Below, piece after piece: positions 17,935 through 28,251 of a stretch of DNA of 40,270 bases. The notes below the pieces were generated by a model. That model worked only from the letters and a program-made list of their open reading frames with translations. It ran no database searches and had not been told where the DNA came from. A program made the position numbers and the translations under genes. Source of the stretch: a candidate division WOR-3 bacterium. Its GTDB lineage: Bacteria; Hydrothermota; UBA3072; B12-G15. The stretch is taken from positions 54,134 to 94,403 of the forward strand of contig CBFGJG010000001.1 of the NCBI GenBank assembly GCA_965649055.1, given 5' to 3'. How positions within the stretch are numbered: position 1 is the first letter of the stretch; every line of letters starts with the position of its first letter.

Positions 17935-19152
17935 CTATTTTAGAAATAGATAATATATAATTATATTAAGAAATGTTAAAGGAATCCCTAATTTTATGAA
18001 TTCTAAGAATGTTATTGTTTCTCCTTTCTTTTCAGCGTTTTGAATAATTATTACATTACTTGCTGCACCAAGTATTGTGAAATTTCCTGCTATTGTGCTA
18101 CCTGCAGCAAGTGTTAATAGGGCTTTTTCATTCGCTGAAATAAACGGAAGATAAAGTGCAACAAAAGGGACATTTGATATAAATTGACTCAGGAAAACAC
18201 TTAAAAAAAGGATTATTATAGTTGAGCCGGTATTCAGTTTCATTTTGCTAATTATATCCTGAAAAAAATTTGTGTCCCAGACACTTCTCATAAGTATGAA
18301 CATTGAAACAAAAAAAACGAGTGTATGCCAGTCTAATTTTCTTATAATCTTTAATATTTTTCCTGTAAACCATAATGGTATAGAAGAAAATATCGCAATG
18401 TAAGTCAAACGAAAATCTATTCCAGGTTTTATAAAACATAATACTATCTTAATAAATACAAGTAATAGCAAAAGCCTTAATGAAATCCTGCATTTTAATG
18501 CAAGACTTTTATCCTTAATGGGTTCCTGAGAATGGTCAAGTGTTTCCTTGTGTAAATGACCTTTATAGTAAATCCTTATCAAAATAAACAAAATAATTAG
18601 ATTTAAAACGGTTGGAATAAAAAGTCCCTTTAAAAAAGAGAAAAACGGATTTACAAAATTGCCCTTTATTGCAATAAGAAGATTCTGTGGATTACCGATA
18701 GGACTTAAAACACTCCCAATGGTTACTGAAAATGCAAGGGTTAATAGTAGTATAGATGCTTTTATTCTGTGTTTTCTTGAAAGAAGTATTAATCCGGGTG
18801 TCCCAATGATTGCAACAGTATCATTCATGAATAATGCAGATAGGAAACCAAATATAAAAATGATATACAGCAATAGAAAATCCAAATTTTTTGCCCTTTT
18901 GAATAATCTGTATGTTATATGAGAAAGATAACCACTCTCTTCAAATGCAGAACCTATATAGAACATAAAAAATAAGAATAGCATAACATCAATATCTATT
19001 GACTTTAAAGCATTTATAAATGAGATGCTTCCTGTTATTATAACAGTAATAGCAGCTGAAAACATAACAATCCATATAGGAATCTTTATACTTCCCAGAT
19101 TCCTTATGGCAATAAGTATGAAAACAATAAAGAGGACTATAACTGGCAGCAT
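17935..19152 (-). CDS. ArsB/NhaD (ion transporter superfamily) anion permease
   Basis: SALFMND, SPIGNPQNL, ISNVP and GNFTILGAASNVI motifs; many TM segments. Confidence 0.88.
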   Translation of the reverse strand: MLPVIVLFIVFILIAIRNLGSIKIPIWIVMFSAAITVIITGSISFINALKSIDIDVMLFLFFMFYIGSAFEESGYLSHITYRLFKRAKNLDFLLLYIIFIFGFLSALFMNDTVAIIGTPGLILLSRKHRIKASILLLTLAFSVTIGSVLSPIGNPQNLLIAIKGNFVNPFFSFLKGLFIPTVLNLIILFILIRIYYKGHLHKETLDHSQEPIKDKSLALKCRISLRLLLLLVFIKIVLCFIKPGIDFRLTYIAIFSSIPLWFTGKILKIIRKLDWHTLVFFVSMFILMRSVWDTNFFQDIISKMKLNTGSTIIILFLSVFLSQFISNVPFVALYLPFISANEKALLTLAAGSTIAGNFTILGAASNVIIIQNAEKKGETITFLEFIKLGIPLTFLNIIIYYLFLK

Positions 19153-19158
19153 CTAAAA

Positions 19159-19186
19159 AATGTAATTGAATTTAAAGAAATGTCAA
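19159..19186 (-). promoter_or_regulatory. Promoter TTGACA-N16-TACATT, 6 nt before the permease ATG (leaderless)
   Basis: Read directly from the sequence; no SD. Confidence 0.7.
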
Positions 19187-19257
19187 TTGAACAACTGTTC
19201 ATTTTTATAAAACACACTAAAGGAAGGTTGAATTTTATAACAGGCCATAACTTTTTC

Positions 19258-19285
19258 TTGACAAACATAAGATAAAATGTATAGT
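19258..19285 (+). promoter_or_regulatory. Promoter TTGACA-N16-TATAGT, 6 nt before ATG 19292 (leaderless)
   Basis: Read directly from the sequence; no SD. Confidence 0.75.
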
Positions 19286-19291
19286 TTACTT

Positions 19292-21310
19292 ATGAAAAAG
19301 TTACTTATACTTTTTTTATATAATATTTTTCTTTTTGCTGATTATCATTCTATTTACCAGATTCAGGGGCAGACTTCAAGTTCTCCCTATGTGAATCAGA
19401 TTGTTACAACATCAGGTGTTGTGACTGCTGTTGGTTCTACAGGTTTCTTTATTCAGGAAAAAAATCCAAGCCCTGCCTGGAGGGGAATATATGTTTATAC
19501 TGCTTCGCTTCCTTCTGTATCAATAGGAGATAGTATTGTTATAACTGATTCTGTTAAAGAATATTCCGGTCTTACCGAGATAAAAAGCACACAACATAAC
19601 TATTCTGTAGTATTAAATACAACACCGCCACCTCCGATTCTTCTTCCAACTGGTAATATTGCTAATGAACAATGGGAATGTGTTCTGGTAAAAGTCCAGA
19701 ACGCAATCTGTGTAAATCCAAATGCAGGTAGTGACGAATGGATTGTTAATGACGGAACAGGAGATGTAAGGATAGGAACATTACTTTATACATATCCTCC
19801 AATTTCAGGTAGAAGATATAATATAACCGGTCCTGTGTACTATTCTTCTTCGAATTTTAAAATTGTTCCAAGAGGTTCTTTTGATATAAAAGGATACCCT
19901 GTTGTGAAGAATGTTATAAGATATCCAGGTGCAGTTACATTCCTTGATAATGTTATAGTGAGGGCGAAAATAATTGATGATGCTCAGATAATTGCTGATT
20001 CTCTGATATATAGAATTAATAGTGGTTCTTACAACAGAAAGACACACGATAGTATAAATGGTGATATCTATTTTTATTCAATTCCAAAAAGGAATATAAA
20101 TGATACTATTTTTTATTATATAATCGCAAAGAATGATTCTCTACTAAAAGATTCTTCAAGGGTTTATAACTATGTTGTTAGGGATACGGTTAATCTGGAA
20201 TTCAGTGTGATGAGTTACAATATCCTTAATTTTCCTGGTAATACTTCATATAGACTTGGTTATATGATGAAGACATTTAGAGCACTTGTTCCTGATATTA
20301 TAATTGTTCAGGAACTCCAGAATGAATCAGGTGCTGATATGATACTTGATTCACTTAACACCATTAATGGTGATTATGCAAGGGCTGAATTCATACAGGA
20401 CCCTAATGACCCGAGCTCAAACAACATGCTTTTTTACAGGATGTCAGTCGGAAGTCTGATATCCCAGGATACAATCTGCACTTCTTTAAGGAATATCAAT
20501 GAATATGTGATGGAAATAAATAAAAATATAATAAGATTCTATTCATGCCATCTTAAAGCCAGTGATGACCAGTCTTCAGTTAATCAAAGGCTTGCAGAGG
20601 TCACTACTTTAAGAGAGCGTTTGAACACAACACCTGACAGTTCTGAATTTATTATTGCTGGTGATATGAATTTTTATACTGCTACTGAACCCGGTTATCA
20701 AAAATTCATAGCCGATGAAGTAAATAACAGGGGAAGGTCAAGGGATTTATTGGGAATAGCTGGTAACTGGCACGATAATGTGACCTATGCACCATATCAT
20801 ACACAATCTACAAGGACTGCAAGTTTACCTGATGGTGGTTCAACTGGTGGACTGGATGACAGGTTTGATTTTATCTTTGGTAATTATTATCTAAATGATA
20901 ACAGGGGAATAGAATATATTCAAAATACTTACAGGGCTTACGGAAATGACGGTAATCATTTCAATCTCTCTATAAATTATGGAACAAATGATTCGGTTCC
21001 ACCTGAGATTGCAGAGGCATTGTATTATTCATCCGACCATCTGCCTGTTATCGCCAGTTTCATATCAATAATTTTTACAGGGATAGAGGAGTATGAAAGA
21101 AAAAAAGAATTTTATGTTGAGATTGTGCCGAATGGATTAAAGATAAAGGGCAGTATTGGTGATAAAATAGAAATTTATGATATTCTTGGAAGATTGAAAG
21201 AAGAATTGTACATCCGAAATTCAGATGGGAATTTTGTTTACTTAAATGCAGGTGTATATTTCGTAAAGAGTGTTAAATCAAAAATAACAAAGAAAATGGT
21301 AGTATTTTAA
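19292..21310 (+). CDS. Secreted nuclease: YhcR-like OB folds, EEP (endonuclease/exonuclease/phosphatase) domain and T9SS-type CTD
   Basis: SIYQIQG..SPY..V...GVVTA..GFFIQ; SYNILN, VQE, HLKA, GDMN, DFIF and SDHLPV; C-terminal IYDILGR..GVYFVK. MKKLLIL start at 19292 preferred over 19277, which lies within the promoter. Confidence 0.85.
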   Translation: MKKLLILFLYNIFLFADYHSIYQIQGQTSSSPYVNQIVTTSGVVTAVGSTGFFIQEKNPSPAWRGIYVYTASLPSVSIGDSIVITDSVKEYSGLTEIKSTQHNYSVVLNTTPPPPILLPTGNIANEQWECVLVKVQNAICVNPNAGSDEWIVNDGTGDVRIGTLLYTYPPISGRRYNITGPVYYSSSNFKIVPRGSFDIKGYPVVKNVIRYPGAVTFLDNVIVRAKIIDDAQIIADSLIYRINSGSYNRKTHDSINGDIYFYSIPKRNINDTIFYYIIAKNDSLLKDSSRVYNYVVRDTVNLEFSVMSYNILNFPGNTSYRLGYMMKTFRALVPDIIIVQELQNESGADMILDSLNTINGDYARAEFIQDPNDPSSNNMLFYRMSVGSLISQDTICTSLRNINEYVMEINKNIIRFYSCHLKASDDQSSVNQRLAEVTTLRERLNTTPDSSEFIIAGDMNFYTATEPGYQKFIADEVNNRGRSRDLLGIAGNWHDNVTYAPYHTQSTRTASLPDGGSTGGLDDRFDFIFGNYYLNDNRGIEYIQNTYRAYGNDGNHFNLSINYGTNDSVPPEIAEALYYSSDHLPVIASFISIIFTGIEEYERKKEFYVEIVPNGLKIKGSIGDKIEIYDILGRLKEELYIRNSDGNFVYLNAGVYFVKSVKSKITKKMVVF

Positions 21311-21323
21311 GAAAGGAGGAATA

Positions 21324-22256
21324 TTGAAAAGGGATTTTGTATCAATAACTGATTTAAAAAAAGATGAAATTTTAGAGCTTTTTGAAGATGCAATAAAGAT
21401 GAAAAAGAAAGTGAAAAAAGGTATAGAGCATCATTATCTAAAAGGAAAATCACTTGCCATGATATTCGAAAAACCTTCTTTAAGAACAAGGGTCTCATTC
21501 GAGGTTGGTATGTTCCAGCTTGGTGGAACTGCACTTTACCTTGCACCTTCAGATATAAAACTTGGTGTTAGGGAATCTGTCCCTGATGTTGCAAGGAATC
21601 TATCGAGATGGGTTGATGGAATAATGGCAAGGACATTTGCACATAAGACTGTAACTGATCTTGCAGAGAATGCTACTATACCTGTTATCAATGGACTTTC
21701 AGATCTGGAACATCCATGCCAGATTCTTGCAGATTTTCTTACAATCCTGGAACACAAGAAAAAATTTAAAGGAATAAAAATAGCATGGGTTGGTGATGGT
21801 AATAATGTCTGTCATTCATTAATGCTATGTTCAGCAATACTTGGCTCACATATATCAATTGCGACACCAAAAGGTTATGAACCATCAAAAGATATAACTG
21901 AAAGGGCAATTGCTATTTCAAAAAAGAGTGGCTCTAAGATAGAGATTAAAAATGACCCATTTGAAATCTGTAAAAATGCAGATGTAATATATACAGATGT
22001 CTGGACTTCTATGGGACAGGAGGAAGAAAAAGAAAAAAGGATGAGGGATTTTCAGGGTTTTCAGGTAAATAGTGAATTATTAAAAGTTGCTGATAAAAAA
22101 GTTATTGTAATGCATTGTCTTCCTGCACATAGAGGTGAAGAGATTACAGATGAAGTGCTTGATGGACCACATTCCGTTGTCCTTCATGAAGCGGAAAATA
22201 GACTTCATGCACAGAAAGCATTACTTGTTAAGTTGATGGGAAAGAAAAAGAAATAA
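21324..22256 (+). CDS. argF: Ornithine carbamoyltransferase
   Basis: [26 protein letters not shown] and HCLP motifs; TTG start after AAGGAGG. Confidence 0.95.
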   Translation: MKRDFVSITDLKKDEILELFEDAIKMKKKVKKGIEHHYLKGKSLAMIFEKPSLRTRVSFEVGMFQLGGTALYLAPSDIKLGVRESVPDVARNLSRWVDGIMARTFAHKTVTDLAENATIPVINGLSDLEHPCQILADFLTILEHKKKFKGIKIAWVGDGNNVCHSLMLCSAILGSHISIATPKGYEPSKDITERAIAISKKSGSKIEIKNDPFEICKNADVIYTDVWTSMGQEEEKEKRMRDFQGFQVNSELLKVADKKVIVMHCLPAHRGEEITDEVLDGPHSVVLHEAENRLHAQKALLVKLMGKKKK

Positions 22257-22261
22257 GATTT

Positions 22262-22876
22262 TTATTTCTTTTTAAATAAAATAAACTTGTGTTCTTCCTT
22301 CTTTATCAGTCTTCTTATATTTGACCTGTGTAAGTAAATTACAAGTAAAGATATAATTATAGTTAGTATTAAAATAGGGATTTCAACCACATCTTTAGAA
22401 ATGTATTTTGACAAAACATATAAAGCAGGAAAAAAAAATGCTGCTGTTATTGATGCAAGGGAAACAAATCCAGTTGGCAAAAATACAATAATCCAGACAA
22501 TTAGAAGAAATAGAGAAGTGAGGGGTAATAATGCAATGAGACCACCAAAGCCAGTTGCAATTCCTTTTCCACCTTTGAATTTCAAATATGGAGTAAAAGT
22601 GTGCCCTAAAAATGCACCTACAAATGAAATAATACCGGGGTATAAACCATAATTTTTAAAAAATAGCACTGGTATCAGACCTTTCAAAAAATCCATAATA
22701 AATACAAGTATACCTTCTTTCTTACCTATAACCCTGAAAACATTTGTAGCCCCAATATTCCCACTTCCTGTTTTTCTTATATCTATTCCTTTTATCTTTG
22801 CAACAATAAATCCAAAAGGAATACCGGCAAAAAGATATGATACAATAAAAGAACCAATCAGAATTAAAATTTTCAT
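22262..22876 (-). CDS. plsY: Glycerol-3-phosphate acyltransferase PlsY
   Basis: DIR..GSGNIGATN..R, GH...FKGGKGIAT and H.SNI.RL motifs. Confidence 0.95.
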   Translation of the reverse strand: MKILILIGSFIVSYLFAGIPFGFIVAKIKGIDIRKTGSGNIGATNVFRVIGKKEGILVFIMDFLKGLIPVLFFKNYGLYPGIISFVGAFLGHTFTPYLKFKGGKGIATGFGGLIALLPLTSLFLLIVWIIVFLPTGFVSLASITAAFFFPALYVLSKYISKDVVEIPILILTIIISLLVIYLHRSNIRRLIKKEEHKFILFKKK

Positions 22877-24156
22877 TTTTTCCTCCTTTTTAATATTATT
22901 TTTATGGGAATACCTTCAAAGTGATATCTTTTTCTGATAGTATTCTCTAAATATCTCAAGTAATTCTGGTCTATGCCTTCAGGTATATTTGTTTCAATAA
23001 TGAAAATACCTTTATCATCCTTCTGCTTTATTGAATAGATTGAGACAAATTTTTTCCCATATAGCTGTGGTGGATTTTTCGAGATTGCATCCCTTAAAAT
23101 TGAATTTAATTCAGTCTTCTTTAGTTTAACCCCTTTAGAAATTTGAATACATCTATCAAGAAATTCTTCAAGACCAATCTTATTCAATGATGATGTTGGT
23201 ATTATCGGAGCATAAGAGAAGACTTTCAATTCCTTCCTGTAATAATCAAGAACTTCTTTTTTTAATCCCGGAGGTATTAAATCCATTTTTGTAAGTGCTA
23301 TTATGAGAAACTTTCCACTCTCTTCCACGAGTGAAATAATTCTTTTATCTTCTCTGGTTACAGGTTGATATGCATCTATAAGAACTGCACAGACCTTTGC
23401 TTTCTCAATGCTTCTGACTGTTCTTAAAAGGGTATAGTACTCGATTTCATCCTTAAGTTTTGATTTTTTCTTGAGCCCAGCAGTATCTATAAGTGTTATT
23501 AGATTTTCTTTGTAAGTAAAAATTGTATCTACACTATCCCTTGTTGTTCCTGGTATTTCTGAGACGATACATCTTTCATATCCTAAAATTGAATTAACAA
23601 GTGATGATTTTCCCACATTGGGCTTTCCTATGATTGCTATCCCTATACCTTCAACGGGCTTTATGTTCTCAAGACCTTTTATAACCCAGTCAAGAAGGTC
23701 TACTATACCCCTTTTGTGAATCGCAGAGACAGCAATAATATTGTCAAAACCAAGCTGGTAAAAATCGAAAATCAGTTCCTCTTTTCCTGTATCGATTTTG
23801 TTAACAGTGACTATAATATCTTTGCTTGAGAAATTTTTCCGAATATAATTTGAAATTTCTTTATCAAGTGGCGTTATCCCTTCTTTACCATCTACTACAA
23901 ATATTATTTTATCTGACTCTTTTATTGCAAATTCAACCTGTTTTTTTATTTCTTTTGAAAGGGTCTCTTCTGAAAAAGATAACCCCCCTGTATCAGCAAT
24001 AATCATTTTTTTACCTTTATGCTCAAAAAATCCATAAATCCTATCTCTTGTTGTTCCAGGTTTATCAGAAACAATCGATTCCCTTCTTCCAACAATCGCA
24101 TTGAATAAAGTCGATTTTCCTACATTTGGTCTTCCAACTATTGCTACCAGGCTCAT
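22873..24156 (-). CDS. der: Ribosome biogenesis GTPase Der (EngA)
   Basis: Two G domains (GRPNVGKS/DTGG/NKID and GKPNVGKS/DTAG) and a C-terminal KH-like domain. Confidence 0.96.
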   Translation of the reverse strand: MSLVAIVGRPNVGKSTLFNAIVGRRESIVSDKPGTTRDRIYGFFEHKGKKMIIADTGGLSFSEETLSKEIKKQVEFAIKESDKIIFVVDGKEGITPLDKEISNYIRKNFSSKDIIVTVNKIDTGKEELIFDFYQLGFDNIIAVSAIHKRGIVDLLDWVIKGLENIKPVEGIGIAIIGKPNVGKSSLVNSILGYERCIVSEIPGTTRDSVDTIFTYKENLITLIDTAGLKKKSKLKDEIEYYTLLRTVRSIEKAKVCAVLIDAYQPVTREDKRIISLVEESGKFLIIALTKMDLIPPGLKKEVLDYYRKELKVFSYAPIIPTSSLNKIGLEEFLDRCIQISKGVKLKKTELNSILRDAISKNPPQLYGKKFVSIYSIKQKDDKGIFIIETNIPEGIDQNYLRYLENTIRKRYHFEGIPIKIILKRRKK

Positions 24157-25412
24157 TTAAGAATATCCTTGAAATCAGAAATGTTTCTTGGGGCTATGAA
24201 TACCCTTTTATTCACAATGCTTTTAAATTTATCTAAACTCATACTATCTATGAAAAGATTGTCATCATTTAAAACATCAGGTGGTAATATAACATTTTCA
24301 CAATCATAGTTATATAACATACTTGATATATCCCATCCACCGAGGAGACCTGCAACTGTTACAGAATCACCAAAGTATCTGTTTTTCACAACGAGTGTAT
24401 CGGCACGCATTCCTTTTTCCCTAAATTTTTGTTCAAGCATCATTATATATTTTGAAGCGAGCACTCCTGTAACAAGAATTGTTCTCCCAGAGAAATCGGG
24501 TATTTCAACTTCATTAAGTTCGTCAAGGAATTTTCTGACCATTCCTATTCCATTTTCAATCTGTGGAAAATCATCATAATATTCAGCTTCAGGTATATTA
24601 GATTCAGAAAGTATATAAAATTCATCAGCAAGATAAAGAAAGTTAATCTTAAATTTTCTACGAAACTCTCTCTGAAAAGGTATTGATTTTTCTATTATTT
24701 TTGATGCCCATTCAGGTGTTGGTCTCTTTATAGGTTTAAGATTGTATCTATACCCTGTTAATCCTACGGGGACAACTCCTATAGAAATAATATTAGGGTA
24801 ATAGGAAGCAAGGTCTTCTATTGTAGAAAGATACTCATCATTGTCGTTTATATCTGGTATTAAAACAATCTGTGTGTGTATTTTTACATTACAGGATATC
24901 AACTTTTCTATGTTTTTCTTTATTTCGCTGCATTTCTCATTTCCCATAATATTAGCCCTTAATTCTGGATTTGTTGTATGAACAGATACATATATCGGAG
25001 AAAGATGTAGTTTCTTTATTCTTCTATAGTCCTTTTCGTCCATATTTGATAGAGATATAAAATTACCATATAGAAAAGATGCCCTGTAATCATCATCTTT
25101 TATGAATAAAGACTTTCTTGCGTCTGGTGGAAGTTGATCCATAAAACAGAATATACAATTGTTTGAACATCTTCTTATCTCTAAAGGCTCTAATTTAATT
25201 CCTAAAGATTTACCTGCTTCTCTTTTAATAAAAACTTCTTTTTTCTTGTTATCTCTTTTTATCTGGAAAATTAGTTCCTCTTCTGATATGGAGAAATTAT
25301 AATCTATTAAATCTTCTATTTTTTGACCATTTATCTTAACTATGAAATCATTTTTTTCAATACCTGCTTTTTCAGCAATAGAACCTTTATCAATTGAAAC
25401 AACTTTTATCAT
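24153..25412 (-). CDS. PDZ plus radical-SAM-like Fe-S protein (DUF512 family)
   Basis: N-terminal PDZ-like segment, CSNNCIFC, KDDDYR.SFLYGNF, QIENGIG; usual position upstream of der. Confidence 0.9.
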   Translation of the reverse strand: MIKVVSIDKGSIAEKAGIEKNDFIVKINGQKIEDLIDYNFSISEEELIFQIKRDNKKKEVFIKREAGKSLGIKLEPLEIRRCSNNCIFCFMDQLPPDARKSLFIKDDDYRASFLYGNFISLSNMDEKDYRRIKKLHLSPIYVSVHTTNPELRANIMGNEKCSEIKKNIEKLISCNVKIHTQIVLIPDINDNDEYLSTIEDLASYYPNIISIGVVPVGLTGYRYNLKPIKRPTPEWASKIIEKSIPFQREFRRKFKINFLYLADEFYILSESNIPEAEYYDDFPQIENGIGMVRKFLDELNEVEIPDFSGRTILVTGVLASKYIMMLEQKFREKGMRADTLVVKNRYFGDSVTVAGLLGGWDISSMLYNYDCENVILPPDVLNDDNLFIDSMSLDKFKSIVNKRVFIAPRNISDFKDILK

Positions 25413-25415
25413 CTA

Positions 25416-26840
25416 TCAATGCTTAATCTCTATAAATTCAATACTTCCAAATTCTTTTAATTTCAGAGTATCTATTTTTGACTTGTCTCCAACAATAATA
25501 ATGGATACATCTTCGGGTTTCAGGTATCTATTTGCAGCATTATAAACACCCTCAATATTAACTTTTTTTACATTTTCAACATATGTTGAATAGAAATTAA
25601 GAGGACGTTCATATAACTCAAGACCTGCAACCCTCGAAATAAAATTGTAAGGATTCCCAAGCCTTGAGATGGTGCTGTTTATAAGAGATTCTTTTGCTAC
25701 CTTCAATTCTTTATCAGATACTTTCTCCTTTTTTATCCTTTTCATTTCTTCAATAATATAATATATTGCATCGAAAACGGCATCTGACTTTGTGGCACTA
25801 AATGCCCTAAAAGAACCTTTAAAAAGTGAAAGTTTATCATAATATCCCCATGTTGAATATGCAAGGCCTTTTTCATTTCTTACCTTTGATACTATTCTTG
25901 ATGTAAAACCACCTGAACCAAGAATATCATTCATAATTGTAAGGTCAAAAAAGTCATCTGAATATTTGTTTTCACCTTCGTGAATAATCATTATGTATCC
26001 CTGAGGAATTCTCAAATTATAAAAGAAAATCTTATTCTTTACCATAGGTTTTAAATCTTTTACATCAGGAATTTTTAAATCATTGTTAAATTTATCATTG
26101 AATAATGTTTCCATCTTATTTTTTAATTCATCCTTATCAAAGTCTCCTATAACAGAGATTATCATATTTTTAGGCTGGAAGAATATTTTATGTATTTCAA
26201 ATAGTCTTTCCCTTTTTAAATTCCTGAATTTTTCAATATCTACATATCTTGAAGCAGGATGCTCAGGGAAAAGAACATAATCTGCAATATAGAATAATGC
26301 AGAGCTTGGATTTTCCATTATTCTTTTAAAATTATCAAGAACTCTTTCCATTTCTAACTTCATGACTTTCTCATCAAATCTTGGTTTAAATAATATTTCT
26401 TCAATTAATGGTAATGCAATATCAGTTAGATTTGATAAGAATGAACAATCAATTATATATACTTCATCTTCATTTTGAAAAGAAATATCAATAGCGTTTG
26501 TCTCAAGAAGATTTGTAATTTCTTCAGGTGTATATTTTTCTGTCCCGCCTTTAACTATCATTTCTTTTAATAATTCTGATACAAGAAATTCTCCATATTC
26601 AAGATATGCAGGTCCACTCTTTTTCAAAAAAATACTCATATTTACGATAGGTAATTTTTTTTCTTCTTTTATAAACAAAATGGCATTTGATTTTAAGATT
26701 ATCCTGTCAATATCCCTCCCGATTTCTGGAACCTTCCAATCAATCTCAGGAAATTTTATCTTTTCAATCTCTTTAGCCATTTGAGATTTTTGGGCAAATA
26801 ATATTAATGCAAAAAGTATGAATATGAATAATCTTTTCAT
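25416..26840 (-). CDS. M16 family peptidase, non-catalytic subunit
   Basis: GGFTSRI...VRNEKGLAY motif, no HxxEH; signal peptide. Confidence 0.88.
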   Translation of the reverse strand: MKRLFIFILFALILFAQKSQMAKEIEKIKFPEIDWKVPEIGRDIDRIILKSNAILFIKEEKKLPIVNMSIFLKKSGPAYLEYGEFLVSELLKEMIVKGGTEKYTPEEITNLLETNAIDISFQNEDEVYIIDCSFLSNLTDIALPLIEEILFKPRFDEKVMKLEMERVLDNFKRIMENPSSALFYIADYVLFPEHPASRYVDIEKFRNLKRERLFEIHKIFFQPKNMIISVIGDFDKDELKNKMETLFNDKFNNDLKIPDVKDLKPMVKNKIFFYNLRIPQGYIMIIHEGENKYSDDFFDLTIMNDILGSGGFTSRIVSKVRNEKGLAYSTWGYYDKLSLFKGSFRAFSATKSDAVFDAIYYIIEEMKRIKKEKVSDKELKVAKESLINSTISRLGNPYNFISRVAGLELYERPLNFYSTYVENVKKVNIEGVYNAANRYLKPEDVSIIIVGDKSKIDTLKLKEFGSIEFIEIKH

Positions 26841-28240
26841 TTTTTCCTCCCTATTGTTACAATACTTCCTTTATCTTTTAAAAGATATTTTTCAATTATT
26901 CCAATACAGTCTTCTTTTGTTATAGAGTCAAAGATTTCCAATTCTTTTTTATAAAATTCAGGATTACCAAACACTCTTTCACCCTTAAGGATTCCAAAAG
27001 AGAACCACATTATATTTTTCTGTCTATCAATAATTCTTTTCTTATATCTGTTTTTTACTTTAATAATTTCCTGTTCATTTATACCTGAAATTTTAAGCGA
27101 ATCAAGCAATCTATAAAAATCCGATGTTATCCTGTCATAACTTATACCTTCTTTTGGATAAACAAAAACTATAAATAAAGAAGGTGCTTTGTCTTCATTA
27201 TCAGATAGATAAGCAGATACCTCTGTTGCCAATCCACTATCAACAAAATATTTTTTAAGTATAGAACTTTCACCATAACCAAGAACTTGGGATAAAACGA
27301 GGGCAGCATAATACTCCCTTTCACCCAATTTTGGAGTTTTGAAAGAAATGGAATACATATCGGAACAATCAAATAATACATGGGTTCTTCTTTCTCCAAC
27401 CTGTTCAGGTTCTTCCGTAAATTTAATTATAGGCGACTTCCTCTTCTTCCATTTACCAAAATACTTTTCTATTAATTTAATATCCTTCTCAGGATAAACA
27501 TCACCTGCGAGCAGAATTATACATCTTTCAGGTATATAATATGTATTAAAATAATCTTGAACTTCCAAAGGCGAAATATTCATTATATCTGATTCCCATC
27601 CTATAACAGGGTTTCTTACAGGCGAAACGAGATATGCAGTTGTTGATATGTAATCCCATATCACTGATTCCGGTCTTCCTTCACCCATTCTTCTTTCTTC
27701 ATTAACAACATCCCTTTCAGAATAAAATTCCCTTAAGAATAGATTTAAGAATCTATCTGATTCTATCATAGCCCACATCTCTTTTTTATTAGATGGAAGG
27801 ACCACAAAATATTGGGTGCTTAATTCACCTGTTGATGCATTCATCATACTACCACCATGAGCAGCGTAAATTGTCCAGATTTCTTCTGAAATAACGAGTT
27901 TTTTTATCTCTTCTTCTATTTTTCTTATCTCTTCAAGAACAGTCGTATCCCCTTTTTCCTTTCTTTCATATAATTCCCACAACTTTCTTGTAAGTTTTTC
28001 TTCCTTTTTATAATCTATTGTTCCAAGTTTTTTAGAACCTTTGAATAGCATATGCTCAAGAAGATGTGATACACCTGTTATCCCGAGCCTTTCGTAAGCA
28101 CCACCCACATCAAACTGGACGACACCTGCGAAAATAGGTAAAGAATGGTCTTCAACAAATAAAACCCTTAGACCATTATCAAGTGTCTTTTTTGTAATTT
28201 TTACATCTGTAGAATTTAATAACAACAGAATATAAAGCAT
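26837..28240 (-). CDS. M16 family zinc peptidase, catalytic subunit
   Basis: LDNGL, SHLLEHMLFKG (HxxEH), NAST and ERDVV.EERR motifs. Confidence 0.92.
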   Translation of the reverse strand: MLYILLLLNSTDVKITKKTLDNGLRVLFVEDHSLPIFAGVVQFDVGGAYERLGITGVSHLLEHMLFKGSKKLGTIDYKKEEKLTRKLWELYERKEKGDTTVLEEIRKIEEEIKKLVISEEIWTIYAAHGGSMMNASTGELSTQYFVVLPSNKKEMWAMIESDRFLNLFLREFYSERDVVNEERRMGEGRPESVIWDYISTTAYLVSPVRNPVIGWESDIMNISPLEVQDYFNTYYIPERCIILLAGDVYPEKDIKLIEKYFGKWKKRKSPIIKFTEEPEQVGERRTHVLFDCSDMYSISFKTPKLGEREYYAALVLSQVLGYGESSILKKYFVDSGLATEVSAYLSDNEDKAPSLFIVFVYPKEGISYDRITSDFYRLLDSLKISGINEQEIIKVKNRYKKRIIDRQKNIMWFSFGILKGERVFGNPEFYKKELEIFDSITKEDCIGIIEKYLLKDKGSIVTIGRKK

Positions 28241-28251
28241 CTATTCCTCCT

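Noticed and set aside
25416..26840. M16 gene lacking HxxEH as a pseudogene
   Set aside because: It is the normal non-catalytic partner of heterodimeric M16B peptidases.
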